64,000 nucleotides of DNA from Octopus vulgaris. Taxonomy: Eukaryota. Where the stretch lies: positions 36,022,001 to 36,086,000 of the forward strand of contig OX597838.1 of NCBI GenBank assembly GCA_951406725.2. The letters run 5' to 3'. Under the pieces are notes generated by a model that was not told the DNA's origin, did not search any database, and was given only the letters and a program-made list of their open reading frames with translations. Position 1 is the stretch's first letter. Every line of letters begins with the position of its first letter. Shown here piece after piece: positions 26,365 through 40,008 of this stretch. The position numbers and the translations under genes are program-made.

Positions 26365-26825
26365 GATCTTCTTCTTCTTTTTCTTCTTCTCCATCTTCTT
26401 CTTCTTCTTCTTCTTCTCCTTCTTCTTCTTCTTCTCCATCTTCTTCTTCTTCTTCTCCTCCGTCCTCTTCCTCCTCCTCCTCCTCCTCCTTCTTCTTCTC
26501 CGTCTTCTTCTCCGTCTTCTTCTCCTCCTCCTCCTCCTCCTTCTTCTCCGTCTTCTTCTTCTTCTTCTTCTTCTTCTTCTTCTTCTTCTTCTTCTCCTTC
26601 TTCTTCTTCTTCTTCTTCTTCTTCTTCTCCGTCTCCTCCTCCTCCTCCTCCTTCTTCTTCTCCGTCTGCTCCGTCTCCTCCTCCTCCTTCTTCTCCGTCT
26701 TCTCCTCCTCCTCCTCCTTCTTCTCCTTCTTCTTCTTCTCCTTCTTCTCCTCCTCCTCCTCCTTCTTCTTCTTCTCCGTCTTCTCCTCCTCCTCCTCCTC
26801 CTTCTTCTCCTCCTCCTTCTCCTCC
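26365..26825. repeat. (CTT/CCT)n tract
   Basis: Direct inspection. Confidence 0.9.
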
Positions 26826-27727
26826 CACCATTGTCCCTGCTGATACTCTCCTGCTGGATGTCTCCAACCCTTCCCTATTTCCAAGCAAGCTAATGTATTC
26901 CACTTTGCTAGATATGTTTTTTTTCGATGGATGACTAGCAAAAGACAGCATCACTTGTACACACTCACACACACACACACACACACACACAAACATATAT
27001 GAGGGGTTACCTTATAGTTTCCATCTACCAAATTTACTTGCAAGGCACTGGTAACCCCCAGGCTTACCAGTAGAAGGCATTTGCTTAAGGTACCACACTG
27101 TTGGAGTGAACCCAAAACCACGTGGTTGCAAAGTCTGTTTCTTAACCACACAGCCATGAATGTAAATATAAATACAACACATTAATTCTAGATAAATTAC
27201 AATATATAGATATATCCCAAACCCATAAAACATATAGTAATGTAAAATAACTAATATACAAATATATAAATGATATATATAAAGATAATATATAGATAAA
27301 ATACTTGCTCTCACACACATACACACAAGCACACACATATTTACTCATACACAAAACCATTTGTATACTCTACACTTATGCATATGCACATACCCACAAG
27401 CATTCATGCCTACACACACAGAAGCATATATATTACGTATATATATATATATACACTCATTCATACACATACATGCATACAAGTACACAGACACCATATA
27501 TCAGCAGGAACAATAGTGAAAGTGAAAATAGAGATGAAACATTGATCAGAAGTTGAGCTTAGGTAGATAAAATTACATTTAATGTTTTGCCACAACTGTT
27601 GATCTGCCATCAAGTTTCATTCACTGTCTCACATCATCTGGCTTTTTGTTGTTTAGCTTTTTTGTTGGAAAGGTGGGTGGTGATGGTGGTGGTGTTATCT
27701 CTTCATTGTATAGGAGTATGCTTACTG

Positions 27728-27741
27728 CTTATCTATCTATA

Positions 27742-27793
<52 letters not shown>

Positions 27794-28008
27794 AACCTAC
27801 CTACCTACCTACCTACCTATCCATCTATCTGTTTATCTATCTATCTTTCAATCTATCTGTCCACCTATCTATCTTTCAATCTGTTTTTCAATCTATTTGT
27901 CTACCTGTCAATGTATGTATGTATCTATCTATCAATCTACCAACCTACCTACCTACCTACCTGCCTGCCTGCCTGCCTGCTTGCCTGCCTGCCTGCCTGC
28001 CTGCCTGC

Positions 28009-28055
<47 letters not shown>

Positions 28056-28320
28056 CCTACCTACCTACCTACCTACCTACCTACCTACCTACCAACCTAC
28101 CTATCCCTCTATCTATCTATTTATCTATCTATCTTTCAATCTATATGTCCACCTATCTATCTTTCAATCTGTTTTTCAATCTATCTGTCTACCTGTCAAT
28201 GTATGTATGTATCTATCTATCTATCAATCTATCTACCTACCTACCTACCTACTTACCTACCTGCCTGCCTGCCTGCCTGCCTGCCTATCTATCTATCTAT
28301 CTATCCATCCATCCATCCAA
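27728..28320. repeat. (TCTA/CCTA/CCTG)n compound repeat, duplicated as a ~300-bp block
   Basis: ctttcaatctgtttttcaatc...ctacctgtcaatgtatg occurs at about 27873 and 28161. Confidence 0.85.
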
Positions 28321-28349
28321 AACCCACACGCACACTCGCACACTTACTA

Positions 28350-29490
28350 GCATAGTAACTACAGGACACATGGAGAGTATTCTACTGCACCTTTCCATCC
28401 AGTCGATATGTTTAGCAAAATCTCATCAAGGTGGGCCCTTTACATTATCTGGTAGTGTTGGGGGTTCCCCATCTCGTCGGAAATAAAACTAAACATCTTC
28501 AAAGTTCTCTTCAATGCTTGGCATGACAAACTGTTGCAGCAGCAAGTTCAATTAAATAGCATCGGCCACAGAATCATCAAAGAAGAATGGTTCAATTAAT
28601 TCTTTTGATGATAAGCTGCACCATAATTTAAATCTCAGTAAATTAACATGACATTACTTCGCAATATGCAGATTCTTAGGTTCCCCCATAGGTGCAATTG
28701 TTTGATTTAAATATAGCCTCATCACTCCTAACAATTTTAATTGGAAAATGTTCATCTTCTACACATCTTGCTGAGAACTATTAGTCTGAGACAGTTTCAT
28801 TGAGAGCATGGATTATTCTTGGGATCTAACTTTTCCAATGACACTGCTTCAAAATGCAACGAGCCCTTGATTTTGAAATTCTTGTCTCCGAATTCGTTTG
28901 CCTTACTCTCTCTTTTACTCTTTTACTTGTTTCAGTCATTTGACTGCGGCCATGCTGGAGCACCGCCTTTAATCGAGCAACTTGATCCCGGGACTTATTC
29001 TTTTGTAAGCCCAGTACTTATTCTATCGGTCTCTTTTGCCGAACCGCTAAGTAATGGGGACATAAACACACCAGCATCGGTTGTCAAGCAATGCTAGGGG
29101 GACAAACACAGACACACAAACATATATATATATACATATATACGACGGGCTTCTTTCAGTTTCCGTCTACCAAATCCACTCACAAGGCTTTGGTCGGCCC
29201 GAGGCTATAGTAGAAGACACTTGCCCAAGGTGCCACGCAGTGGAACTGAACCCGGACCCATGTGGTTGGTTAGCAAGCTACTTACCACACAGCCACTCCT
29301 GCGCCTATCCTATTTTTTTTATTGAACCCTTACAATACATTTCTTGTACTGTTTCTTGCTTTGTCAGGGATTTGCCAATGTCCACGGTCTTCTGGGACAT
29401 CTCTTACAAACTTTCTGAAGAGCTACGTCTGCTTCGAAACTTATCCCAAATTTGAGTGACAGTAGGATGTCATTATTTGACCACCACATG
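28350..29490 (-). pseudogene. Tc1/mariner-superfamily transposase fossil, interrupted by SINE-A
   Basis: Frameshifted minus-strand translation gives WDKF-EAD, KIVRSDEAIF, LWCSLSSKELIEPFFFDD and FYFRRDGEPP (like SDEA / GPFFF / FQQDGAP motifs). Confidence 0.75.
28904..29305 (-). mobile_element. SINE-A
   Basis: Matches consensus. Confidence 0.9.
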
Positions 29491-29904
29491 ATATGCTACA
29501 GTGGGGAATATTCCAGGGTTAGGTACTCATCCAGAACCCTTCTTTACATAAGACTGATACAAGGATGATACAGCATCAGGATGGAGGAGGAAAACAAGCT
29601 TCAATTGTAGATTACAACATTTGTTTCTGCACTGCACAAGACACACACATGCGCACATATACATGCACATAAGCATGCACATACGCATGCACACATACGC
29701 ATGCACACAGCAGGCTTCTTCCAGTTTCTGTCTACTGAGTCTGCTCCCTAGGCTTCAGTTGCTCCGGTAGAAGACACTTGCCCAAGGTGCTACACCGGAG
29801 GATTGAACCAGGAACCATGTAGTTTGAGAAACAGACTTCTTACCACACAACCTTACCTTTAGGAATTTTATTAGTTTCAGATTCACTCTTGTCCTCCTCC
29901 TATG

Positions 29905-29913
29905 TAACTTTTT

Positions 29914-29968
<55 letters not shown>

Positions 29969-30958
29969 ATCTACCTTTTCCCTTCTTTCTTTCCTTGTCA
30001 TTCCTTCCTTTCTCTTTTCTTTCTACCTTTCTTTTCCTTTCGTTCGTTCATTCGTTCCTTTCTTTCATTCTTTCTTTTTTCTTTCTATCTACCTTTTTCC
30101 TTCTTTCTTTCTTTGTCATTTCTTCCTTTCTCTTTTCTTTCTACCTTTCTTTCTTTCTACCTTTCTTTCTTTCTACCTTTCTTTCTTTCTTTCTTTTTCT
30201 TTCGTTCGTTCATTCCTTTCTTTCATTCTTTCTTCTTTCTTTCTTTCTTTCGTTCCTTCCTGCCTTCCTTCCTTTCTCTCTTTTCTTTCTTTTTCTTTCT
30301 TTCTTTGTATTTCTTTCGTTTGTTCGTTCATTCCTTTCTTTCTTTCTTTCATTCTTTCTACCTTTTTCCTTCTTTCTTTCCTTGTCATTCCTTCCTTTCT
30401 CTTTTCTTTCTACCTTTCTTTCTTTCTTCCTATCTTTCTTTCTTTTTCTTTCGTTTGTTCGTTCCTTTCTTTCATTCTTTCTTCTTTTCCTTCCTTCCTA
30501 CCTTCTTTCCTTTCTCTCTTTTCTTTCTTTCTTTGTATTTCTTTCGTTTGTTCGTTCATTCCTTTCTCTCTTTCTTCCTTTCTCTCTTTCTTCCTTTCTC
30601 TCTTTCTTCCTTTCTCTCTTTCTTCCTTTCTCTCTTTCTTCCTTTCTATCTTTCTTTCTTTTTCTTTCGTTCGTTCCTTCCTGCCTTCCTTTCTTTCTCT
30701 CTTTTTCTTTTTCTTTCTTTGTATTTCTTTTGTTTGTTCGTTCATTCCTTTCTCTCTTTCTTCCTTTCTCTCTTTCTTCCTTTCTCTCTTTCTTCCTTTC
30801 TCTCTTTCTTCCTTTCTATCTTTCTTCCTTTCTATCTTTCTTTCCTTTTCTTTCGTTCGTTCGTTCCTGCCTTCCTTTCTTTCTCTCTTTTTCTTTTTCT
30901 TTCTTTCTTTGTATTTCTTTTGTTTGTTCGTTCATTCCTTTCTCTCTTTCTTTCTTCA
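29905..30958. repeat. (CTTT)n-based pyrimidine minisatellite, about 1 kb
   Basis: Recurring tttgtatttctttcgtttgttcgttcattcc blocks. Confidence 0.9.
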
Positions 30959-31547
30959 AATTCTTTCCCTCCCAAGGCATTACCTTTACCCCTATTACCA
31001 ACCAACATCCATCCCCAAAACTACATTCGTTCATTATTTTAACCATTTAGCATTTTATTACAGTTTTATCCAAATACGTTTTTTTTCTTCTTTTGTTTTA
31101 CTCCCAGACTGATTCCAAACCATGAAATGTCTTCTCTCTACCATTTCCAAATGCAAGCTGCCTGTTGTGAAATCTGTGAAAGACAGACGCTAGGCTGGCG
31201 TGCTATCAATTGGCTTTTGGTGATTCTTCACTTTAGGTTTTTAGATTCGCCGCTTCGAAATGAAAAATCAGGGAAAATCTTGATAAATCTGGAACGACTC
31301 CAAGCGTATTGCAGAAACTGGGGTTGGACATGGAATTAAATGTAGGGATGCGGAATTAAGTCTATGGAGACGGTGTAGGGGAAGCAGCACCACAGCAAAT
31401 GTTTCACTATTGGATAACAATGGCTGGGAAAAATAGTTTGGCAACGTAACATTTAACATTCTTGTTCGGGGCCATTTTATTCGGCCTTAAATCTCTTTTT
31501 CTCAGTTGTTGCTATCTCTTTATCTTACTCGTCTTCCCTTTCTCCAT

Positions 31548-31559
31548 CACACACACACA

Positions 31560-31603
<44 letters not shown>

Positions 31604-32260
31604 TATGTGCATCTGTATATATATACATATAATTATACATATAAATATACACGCACACACATACACACATATACATATGTGCATCTGTATATATATACAT
31701 ATAAATATACACACATACACACACACACATATACATATGTGCATCTGTATATATATACATATAAATACACACACACATACACACACACACATATACATAT
31801 GTGCATCTGTATATATATACATATAAATATACACACACACACATACACACATATACATATGTGCATCTCTATATATATACATATAAATATACACACACAT
31901 ACATATACATATGTGCATCTGTATATATATATGCATATAAATACGTGCACACACACACACATATACACATGTGCATCTGTATATATATACATATAAATAC
32001 ACACACACACACACACACATATACATATGTGCATCTGTATATATATACATATAAGTATACACACACACACACACACACACATATACATATGTGCATCTGT
32101 ATATATATATATATAAATACACACACACACACACACACACACATACATATACATATGTGCATCTGTATATATATACATATAAATATACACACACACACAC
32201 ATATACATATGTGCATCTGTATATATATATATATATACATATAAATATACACACACACTC
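31548..32260. repeat. About 60-bp minisatellite, about 11 copies
   Basis: atatacatatgtgcatctgtatatatatacatataaat + (AC)n unit. Confidence 0.9.
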
Positions 32261-32346
32261 TCTCTCTCTCTCTTTCTCTCAATATACTACATGCTAACAT
32301 TCACAAATGAGCATTCATTCATATGCTAGCAATGCAAATATATGAG

Positions 32347-32436
<90 letters not shown>

Positions 32437-32679
32437 GCAATTCCATATACAAATACACACACACACACACACAACACATGTACAAAGGTTCCTTTCCCAT
32501 TCTGTTTTGCAATATTTGTTTCCTTTTATTCTATATCTCTTGAAGTGTCATTTACTAGAAAAATAAATTACATTGAATAAACCAAAACTAAATCACTACA
32601 GAAGATATATATATATGTATATATATACATATATAAACTATGTATTGGGGTTGGTTCCTTCAACCAAGCTTCTTCAAGG

Positions 32680-32830
32680 CAGTATTTCGTCTGCCATTAC
32701 GTTCTCAGTTCAAATTCTACTGAGGTTGACTTTGCCTTTCATCCTTTCTGGATGCACTGGGGTCGATGTAATCGACTTAATCCCTTTGTTTGTCCCCACT
32801 GTGTTTAGCCCCCTCTGGGCAATAAAGAAA
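32680..32830 (+). mobile_element. SINE-B partial
   Basis: Core and tail match family B. Confidence 0.7.
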
Positions 32831-32865
32831 TATATGTATGTGTGTGTGTGTGTGTAAAAGTATAC

Positions 32866-33212
32866 ATCATCATCATTTAGCATCCGCTTTCCATGCTAGC
32901 ATGGGTTGGACGGTGCAACTGGGGTCTGGGACGCCAGAAGGCTGCACCAGGCCCAGTCTGATCTGGCAGTGTTTCTACAGCTGGATGCCCTTCCTAACGC
33001 CAACCACTCCGTGAGTGTAGTGGGTGCTTTTTACGTGCCACCTGCACAGGTGCCAGACGGAGCTGGCAAACGGCCACGAACGGATGGTGCTTTTACGGGC
33101 CACCGGCACGGGGGCCAGGCGAGGCTGGCAACGGACACGAACGGATGGTGCTTTTATGGGCCACCGGCACGGGGCCAGGCGAGGCTGGCAATGGACATGA
33201 ACGGATGGTGCT
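32866..33212 (-). mobile_element. SINE-C
   Basis: (CAT)n tail then reverse-complement body with 3 tandem units. Confidence 0.85.
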
Positions 33213-33669
33213 TTTACTTGTTTCATTCATGGCCATGCTGGAGCTCTGTCTTGAAGAATTTTGGATGAACGAACCAACCCTAATGTTTAGTTTATTTTTC
33301 TTAAGCTGTTTACTTATTCTATTGATCACTGTTTTTGCTGAACAGCAAATTTATGAGGATGTAACATCAACCACTGGTTGTCCAGCGGTGGGGGAGGGGC
33401 TACACACACACACACACACACACACGTGACAGTCTTCTTTCAGTTTTTGTCAGCCAAATCCAATCACAAGGCATAAGTTTGTTTAGTCCAAAGCTATAGT
33501 GGAAGATGCCTGCCCAAAGTGCTGTGCAGTGGGACTGAAACCAGATCCATGCTGTAGGGAAGCAAATTTCTTACCACACAGCCAGGCCTATGCCTATATA
33601 CATAAATGTGTGTGTTGGTAGGTAGGCAGGTACAAGCATGGACATGTGGTTAAGGAGTTAGCTTTACGT

Positions 33670-33952
33670 TGGTGATGGTACTGCGTTTGACAAGACTCAT
33701 CAAACCAAGTGATATCGTAGTTGTGGCCGACGCTGGAGTCATGCGACTGGCACCTGTGCCAGTGGCATGTAAAAAGCTCTCATTACAGTTTTGGAGTGGT
33801 TGGCATTAGGAAGGGCATCCAGACATAGAAACCATGCTAAATGAGACTGGAACCTGGTGCAGCTCCTCAGATTACCAGTTAAAGTCCAACCATTCAACCC
33901 ATGCCAGCATGGAAAGCAGATACTAAATGATGATGATGATGAGGATGATGAT
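33670..33952 (+). mobile_element. SINE-C, older variant
   Basis: ggcattaggaagggcatccag...catgccagcatggaaagcagatactaaatgatgatg. Confidence 0.7.
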
Positions 33953-34399
33953 GGTAACAGCAAACAACTATAGGTCCATGAGGGTTCAGGGCAACCGCTT
34001 GTGTGTCTGTGCATTCAGACAGCTGACCATTACCTATGATTTTCTCCCTATTTCAAGCTCTAAGTCTTGCTGCTGGACTAAACTTGAAAACAGCCATACT
34101 ATTAGATACACGTATGATATTTATGAGGATACGCTCATGATATTCACTATGGCTGTTTCTATCAATAATGATGAGATGATCAATATTATAGTATATCTCC
34201 ATGAATTTTCCTTTATTATTGATTATACTAGGCATTAGTTTAAGTATCAATTATTATATTATTTCTAAGTATAATGAATAACTATTATGCTTATTATAGT
34301 TATGGTATTGGTATAACATACTCTGTAGCTGTCGGTGGTGTTTTTGCAACTATGGATGGGGTGACGATTAGTATCGTTAATGTAAATGTAATTAATATA

Positions 34400-34790
34400 G
34401 GAGGCGCAATGGCCCAGTGGTTAGGGCAGTGGACTCGCGGTCATAGGATCGCGGTTTCGATTCCCAGACCGGGCGTTGTGAGTGTTTATTAAGCGAAAAC
34501 ACCTAAAAGCTCCACGAGGCTCCAGCAGGGGATGGTGGTGATCCCTGCTGTACTCTTTCACCACAACTTTCTCTCACTCTTACTTCCTGTTTCTGTTGTA
34601 CCTGTATTTCAAGGGGCCGACCTTGTCACTCTCTGTGTCACGCTGAATATCCCCGAGAACTGCGTTAAGGGTACACGTGTCTGTGGAGTGCTCAGCTACT
34701 TACATGTTAATTTCACGAGCAGGCTGTTCCGTTGATTCGGATCAACCGGAACCCTCGTCGTCGTACACCGACGGAGTGCTTCCATCCATC
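34400..34790 (+). mobile_element. SINE-D, tRNA-derived (head resembles tRNA-Arg)
   Basis: A box TGGCCCAGTGG, ggactcgcggtc anticodon arm, B box GGTTTCGATTCCC; head fragment also at 22287-22380 and 3' body shared with 54445-54632. Confidence 0.8.
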
Positions 34791-34807
34791 GTAATTAATA
34801 TGGTTCA

Positions 34808-34939
34808 GACATGGTTCCGGGTTCAGTCCCACTGCGTGGCACCTTGGGCAAGTGTCTTCTACTATAGCCCTGGGCCGACCAAAGCCTTGTGAGTGGATTT
34901 GGTAGACGGAAACTGAAAGGAGCCCGTCGTATATATGTG

Positions 34940-34976
<37 letters not shown>

Positions 34977-35173
34977 TTGTCCCCCTAGCATTGCTTGACA
35001 ACCGATGCTGGTGTGTTTATGTCCCCGTTACTTAGCGGTTCGGCAAAAAGAGACCGATAGAATAAGTACTGGGCTTACAAAAGAATAAGTCCCGGGGCCG
35101 AGTTGCTCGATTAAAGGCGGTGCTCCAGCATGGCCGCAGTCAAATGACTGAAACAAGTAAAAGAGTAAAAGAG
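34808..35173 (+). mobile_element. SINE-A, 5' truncated
   Basis: Matches consensus from catggttccggg onward. Confidence 0.9.
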
Positions 35174-35503
35174 ACTACATTTTTTTTCTTCCCTTACTTC
35201 TAATGTTTTTGATATCATCATCATTTAGCAGCTAATATAGTGACCTTCTATGTTATAAATACTGAACCTGTGCATATTCGAGTCCCCTACCCACAGAATG
35301 AAGGATGTATATCAACTGAAGCGGTTTCTGGGTTGTGAGGAATATAAATGATATCAAAGGAAACGATGATGAAATATGCAGTTCTGCTCACGTTTAATTA
35401 CAGCAGCCGAATACTGCATTCAGCAGGTGATGGAGGGGTCTGTGTTAGAGAGATGAAAAGTGATGGGGTTGTCTTGAGGAGGGGATTGGGAAAGGGGTTC
35501 AGT

Positions 35504-35718
35504 TACTCTTTACTCTTTTACTTGTTTCAGTCAGTTGACTGCGGCCATGCTGGAGCACCGCCTTTAGTCGAGTAACTCAACCCCGGGACTTATTCTTTGT
35601 AAGCCCAGTACTTATTCTATCGGTCTCTTTTGCCGAACCGCTAAGTGACGGGGACATAAACACACCAGCATCGGTTCTCAATGCTAGGGGAACAAACACA
35701 GACACACAAACATACACG

Positions 35719-35768
<50 letters not shown>

Positions 35769-35940
35769 CATATATACGATGGGCTTCTTTCAGTTTCCGT
35801 CTACCAAATCCACTCATAAGGCTCTGGTTGGCCCGAGGCTATAGTAGAAGACACTTGCCCAAGGTGCCACGCAGTGGGACTGAACCCGGAACCATGTGGT
35901 TGGTAAGCAAGCTACTTACTACACAGCCACTCCTGCGCCT
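35504..35940 (-). mobile_element. SINE-A
   Basis: Matches consensus; its 5' 22-mer is tandemly triplicated up to about 35987. Confidence 0.9.
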
Positions 35941-36089
35941 ATACACAGCCACTCCTGTGCCTATACACAGCCACTCCTGTGCCTATACACATTATGCTTC
36001 CACAACCTCAACCTTTGCCTGGATAGGCGGGTCTTCTCAAGTACCATGTATAGCCATTTATCTTGGCCCTTCGCCATTTTCTCCATGTG

Positions 36090-36335
36090 TGGAAGCAAAT
36101 GGTTTAGCGGTTAGGGCGTTGAACTCATGATTGCAAGGTTGTGGTTTCGATTCCTGGACTGGGTGATGTGTTGTGTTCCTGAACGAAACACTTCATTTGA
36201 TGTTGCCGCAGTCCACTCTGCTAGTAAAAATGAGTAACCCTGCAATGGACTGGCATCCCATCCAGGTGCGGAATATATACACCATGAAACCAAAAAACTG
36301 GCCCTTATGAGTCAGTATGACTCAACAAAGTAACT
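36090..36335 (+). mobile_element. SINE-E variant (CORE-like)
   Basis: tRNA head tggtttagcggttagggc...ggtttcgattcc; gtgttcctgaacgaaacacttcattt...aaaatgagta. Confidence 0.7.
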
Positions 36336-36339
36336 TTGC

Positions 36340-37062
36340 CTTTACCTAAATTTTCTCCATTAAGGGTGATCTCAGCCCCTTGCAATCACCCTTCTCTATT
36401 TCCTCTCATTTCTTCCCGGGTCCCCCTCTCCCACATGCAGCACTCAGCTCTTCTTTATACAGCTACCCTTATCCATACACACCACATGTCCATACCTATG
36501 CAATCTTCTTTCTTGCACACTACATCTGATTCCTCTTATGCTCATTTCTTTTCTCCCAACACACCTTTGTACATTGCCATAGAGGAAAACTTTCTTTCTA
36601 CATCCAGTGACACATTCTAGCTTCAATTCTGTGTAGTCTTTTCAAGTCCTCTGCATTCAGGTCCCATGTCTCACCACCATGCAGCATTGTACTTCTAACA
36701 CAACCATCATACAATCTATCCTTCACTCTGAAGTTATTAGGCGGTGAGTCGGCAGAAATGTTAGCACACCGGGCGAAATGATTTGCAGTATTTCGTCTAG
36801 CATTACGTTGTGAGTTCAAATTCTGCCAAGGTCGACTTTGCCTTTCATCCTTTCGGGGTCGATAAATTAATTACCAGTTACGCACTGGTGTCGATCTAAT
36901 CGACTTAATCCCTTTGTCTGTCCTTGTTTGTCCCCTCTATGTTTAGCCCCTAGTGGGCAGTAAAGAATATTATCCTTCTCTCTGAGGGAAAAGATCATTT
37001 TTGCAAACAATCATACTAGCTTCCTGAACTTTTTCCAACCCCTTCTTACTGTGGCTACTATT
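36340..37062 (-). pseudogene. RTE-clade LINE ORF fragment (post-RT region), split by SINE-B
   Basis: VRRGWKKFRKL...RVKDRLYDGCVRSTMLHGGETW...IRGIRCSVQERRLHRYGHV, like the RTE YGxETW / RRLRWxGHV motifs. Confidence 0.85.
36738..36968 (+). mobile_element. SINE-B, full-length
   Basis: aggcggtgagtcggcagaaatg head to taaagaat tail; flanked by a tatccttc(a/t)ctctga duplication. Confidence 0.85.
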
Positions 37063-37065
37063 CCA

Positions 37066-37255
37066 ACCTCGGCGGAATTTGAACTCGTTACGTTCTGAGT
37101 TCAAATTCCGCCGAGGTCGACTTTGCCTTTCATCCTTTTGGGGTCGATAAATAAAGTACCCGTTTCGCACTGGGGTCCATGTAATCGACTTAATCCCTTT
37201 GTCTGTCCTTGTTTGTCCCCTCTATGTTTAACCCCTTGTGGGTAATAAAGAAATA
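37066..37255 (+). mobile_element. 5'-truncated SINE-B with inverted 5' segment
   Basis: 21-bp perfect inverted repeat at 37066-37117. Confidence 0.8.
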
Positions 37256-37900
37256 TATATTTTCAGACAACAGCCTCTTCTACTAATTACACCTCTTATG
37301 TAACAAAAACTATTCAAATCATACTCAAATGGTAATCAAATTTATAGTTAGGGGTATTTCACCTAAAATTTCTAAACTCTCTGCCAATAAGGATATTTTT
37401 TTCTTAGAGTTCTACGTATTACAATAAAGCAGTGAATATAGATAAAATCAAGTATATTCTCAATAGTATAAATATTTTCCACTTAAGGTTGGGCAGCTAT
37501 ATCCCACTACATACAAACATGTTAATACCATAGGTCATGATTATGATAAGGAAGTAAATCAATTTAACAATAATGATAGAGACTTCAATGTCATATGTAT
37601 CTGAATTGAATATGTACTGCCATAAACTGACTATTTCTAGCAAGCTGTTCGGGCATTTAAGGGCATCTTTTCCCAGTGCCCTCATAGTAGGCACTACTCC
37701 AGTGCAGCTGTTCTTCTTTTTCTTCCAATCAGGACTCACGCCATTAGCCACAAAGAATAATCTCTAATTCGAGCCTACTCTAAGCTACTAAGAATGCTTG
37801 TGGAAACTTGAAGATCCACCCACCACACGTGATATACTGGCGGTTGCACAGGCGCGAAAGCTACGTTGTTATCCTCATTCCATAAACGGTGGCTTTTAAC

Positions 37901-38004
37901 GGCCTGAGGCTATAGTAGAAGACACTTGCCCAAGATGTCACGCAGTGGGACTGAACCATGTGGTTGGTAAGCAAGCTACTTACCACACAGCCACTCCTGC
38001 GCCT
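37901..38004 (-). mobile_element. SINE-A 5' fragment
   Basis: Matches the head region. Confidence 0.8.
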
Positions 38005-38019
38005 ATATATATATATATA

Positions 38020-38065
<46 letters not shown>

Positions 38066-38069
38066 AATA

Positions 38070-38108
<39 letters not shown>

Positions 38109-38610
38109 TATATATATATATATACATATATATACAAGTGTGTGTTTGTATATTTATCTATGTACCCCTTCTGCTTGCTTACCATTTGTATTCATCTCTT
38201 TCTAAAGTAAACCCATTTCTTCTTTCCCTCCTCCTCCTCCACCTCACCCTTCCTCCTCTGTAACCGTAGCATGAATTTTGTCTCCCTGCCAGCTCCCTAC
38301 GGCTCAATGAGGCTCGACCTTTGTATGGTGTTTTTCTTTCATTCTGTACCTTTGGCCCAGAAACATCCTTCTTTTGCCAGCAATTACTGACTCACAGCAT
38401 TTGCTGAGCAAAATGAAAGACTGTTTATTAATACAAGCTGCACGCATGCACATCTATGTTGCGCATGCATCGTTTGTGTGTGTGTATGAGTGCGTTTGGA
38501 GATGTTTGTGTGTATGTGTCTGCTGAAGGATAAGTGAATGTTTATGTGCATATAAACATTTAATTTTGCATGTTATATATGTTGATATAAATATATATAT
38601 ATGTGTGTAT

Positions 38611-38641
<31 letters not shown>

Positions 38642-38683
38642 TATGAGTGTCTATGTGTGTATAAATATATATATATATGTGTG

Positions 38684-38718
<35 letters not shown>

Positions 38719-38727
38719 GAGTGTCTA

Positions 38728-38785
<58 letters not shown>

Positions 38786-39319
38786 TGTCTGTGTGTGTCT
38801 GTGTGCATATGTTTATCCATATATACATAAAATGTGTATGCATATGTCTGTGTGTGTGTGTGTGTGTGTGTATGCATATGTTTATCCACATATACATAAA
38901 ATGTGTATGCATATGTGTGTGAGTGTGTGTGTGTGTATCAATATATTTGTTTACACATATTATATACAAATTCATATTTGATACATCTACATATATAAAA
39001 TATATATAAATACTTGTCTTCCTATGCTCACACATATACATACGCACACACACACACATGATACTTCGTATTATGCATATGTTTATTAACAGATGAACAT
39101 GGGTTATTAAATTCTCAGATTCATCATCATCATCATTATTTTTGTCATCGTGATCATCACCATCATCATCATCATCATCACCACCACCATTTAATGTCCT
39201 TTTTCCCAACCTGGCATGGGTTGGACAGCTTGACAAGAACAGATGAGGCAGAGGGCCCCACCAGGTTCTATGTCTGCTTTGGCATGGTTTACTACGGCTG
39301 CATGTCCTTCCTAATACCT

Positions 39320-39552
39320 ATTTCTTTATTACCCACAAGTGGCTAAACATAGAGGGGACAAACAAGGACAGACATAGGTATTAAGTCGATTACATCGACC
39401 CCAGTGCGGAACTGGTACTTAAGTTATCGACCCCGAAAGGATGAAGGGCAAAGTCAACCTCGGCGGAATTTGAACTCACAACCTAACACAGACGAAATAC
39501 CGGTAAGCATTTCATCCGGCGTGCTAATGATTCTGCCAGCTCACCGCCTTAT
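39320..39552 (-). mobile_element. SINE-B, full-length
   Basis: Reverse complement of 36738-36968. Confidence 0.85.
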
Positions 39553-39784
39553 ATGAAATAAGTACCAGTTGTGTACTGGGGTTGATTGATGTAATCAACT
39601 AACTCTCTCCTCCAGAATTTCAGGCCTTGTGCCTATAGTAGAGAGTATCATTATTAATATCATCTTCATTGTTCACTGTTTAAGAAATTAAGAATTACCT
39701 TATCTTAAAGCTGAAGGAGTCGGGATCATCCGGGAATGCTTGCATACCAAATGAAATGTTTAAGTGGTAGGCTTAACTTGAAGC

Positions 39785-40008
39785 CTATTTCTTTACTACC
39801 CACAAAGGGCTAAACACAGAGTGCACAAACAAATGGATTAAGTTGATTACATCGGCCCCACTGTGTAACTGGTACTTAATTTATCGATCCCGAAAGGATG
39901 AAAGGCAAAGTCGACCTCGGCGGAATTTGAACTCAGAACGTAACGGCAGACGAAATACGGCTACGTATTTCGCCCAGTGTGCTAACGTTTCTGCCAGCTC
40001 GCCACCTT
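39785..40008 (-). mobile_element. SINE-B, full-length
   Basis: Reverse complement of family B. Confidence 0.85.

Noticed and set aside
26301-26996. E/K/R-rich ORFs resembling SR-related low-complexity protein
   Set aside because: Antisense reading of (CTT/CCT)n; wrong strand for the Srrm exon
29415-29445. CTGAAGA...GAAAC hammerhead-like string
   Set aside because: No consistent stem II or stem I; lies antisense within a transposase fossil, so likely chance
34400-34475. tRNA genes (also 46364-46435 and 48252-48318)
   Set aside because: SINE heads: imperfect cloverleaf and followed by SINE bodies
37600-37780. Possible restriction-like-endonuclease LINE C-terminus on the minus strand (VVPTMRALG like VVPIVIGALG)
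   Set aside because: Only one weak motif; insufficient support
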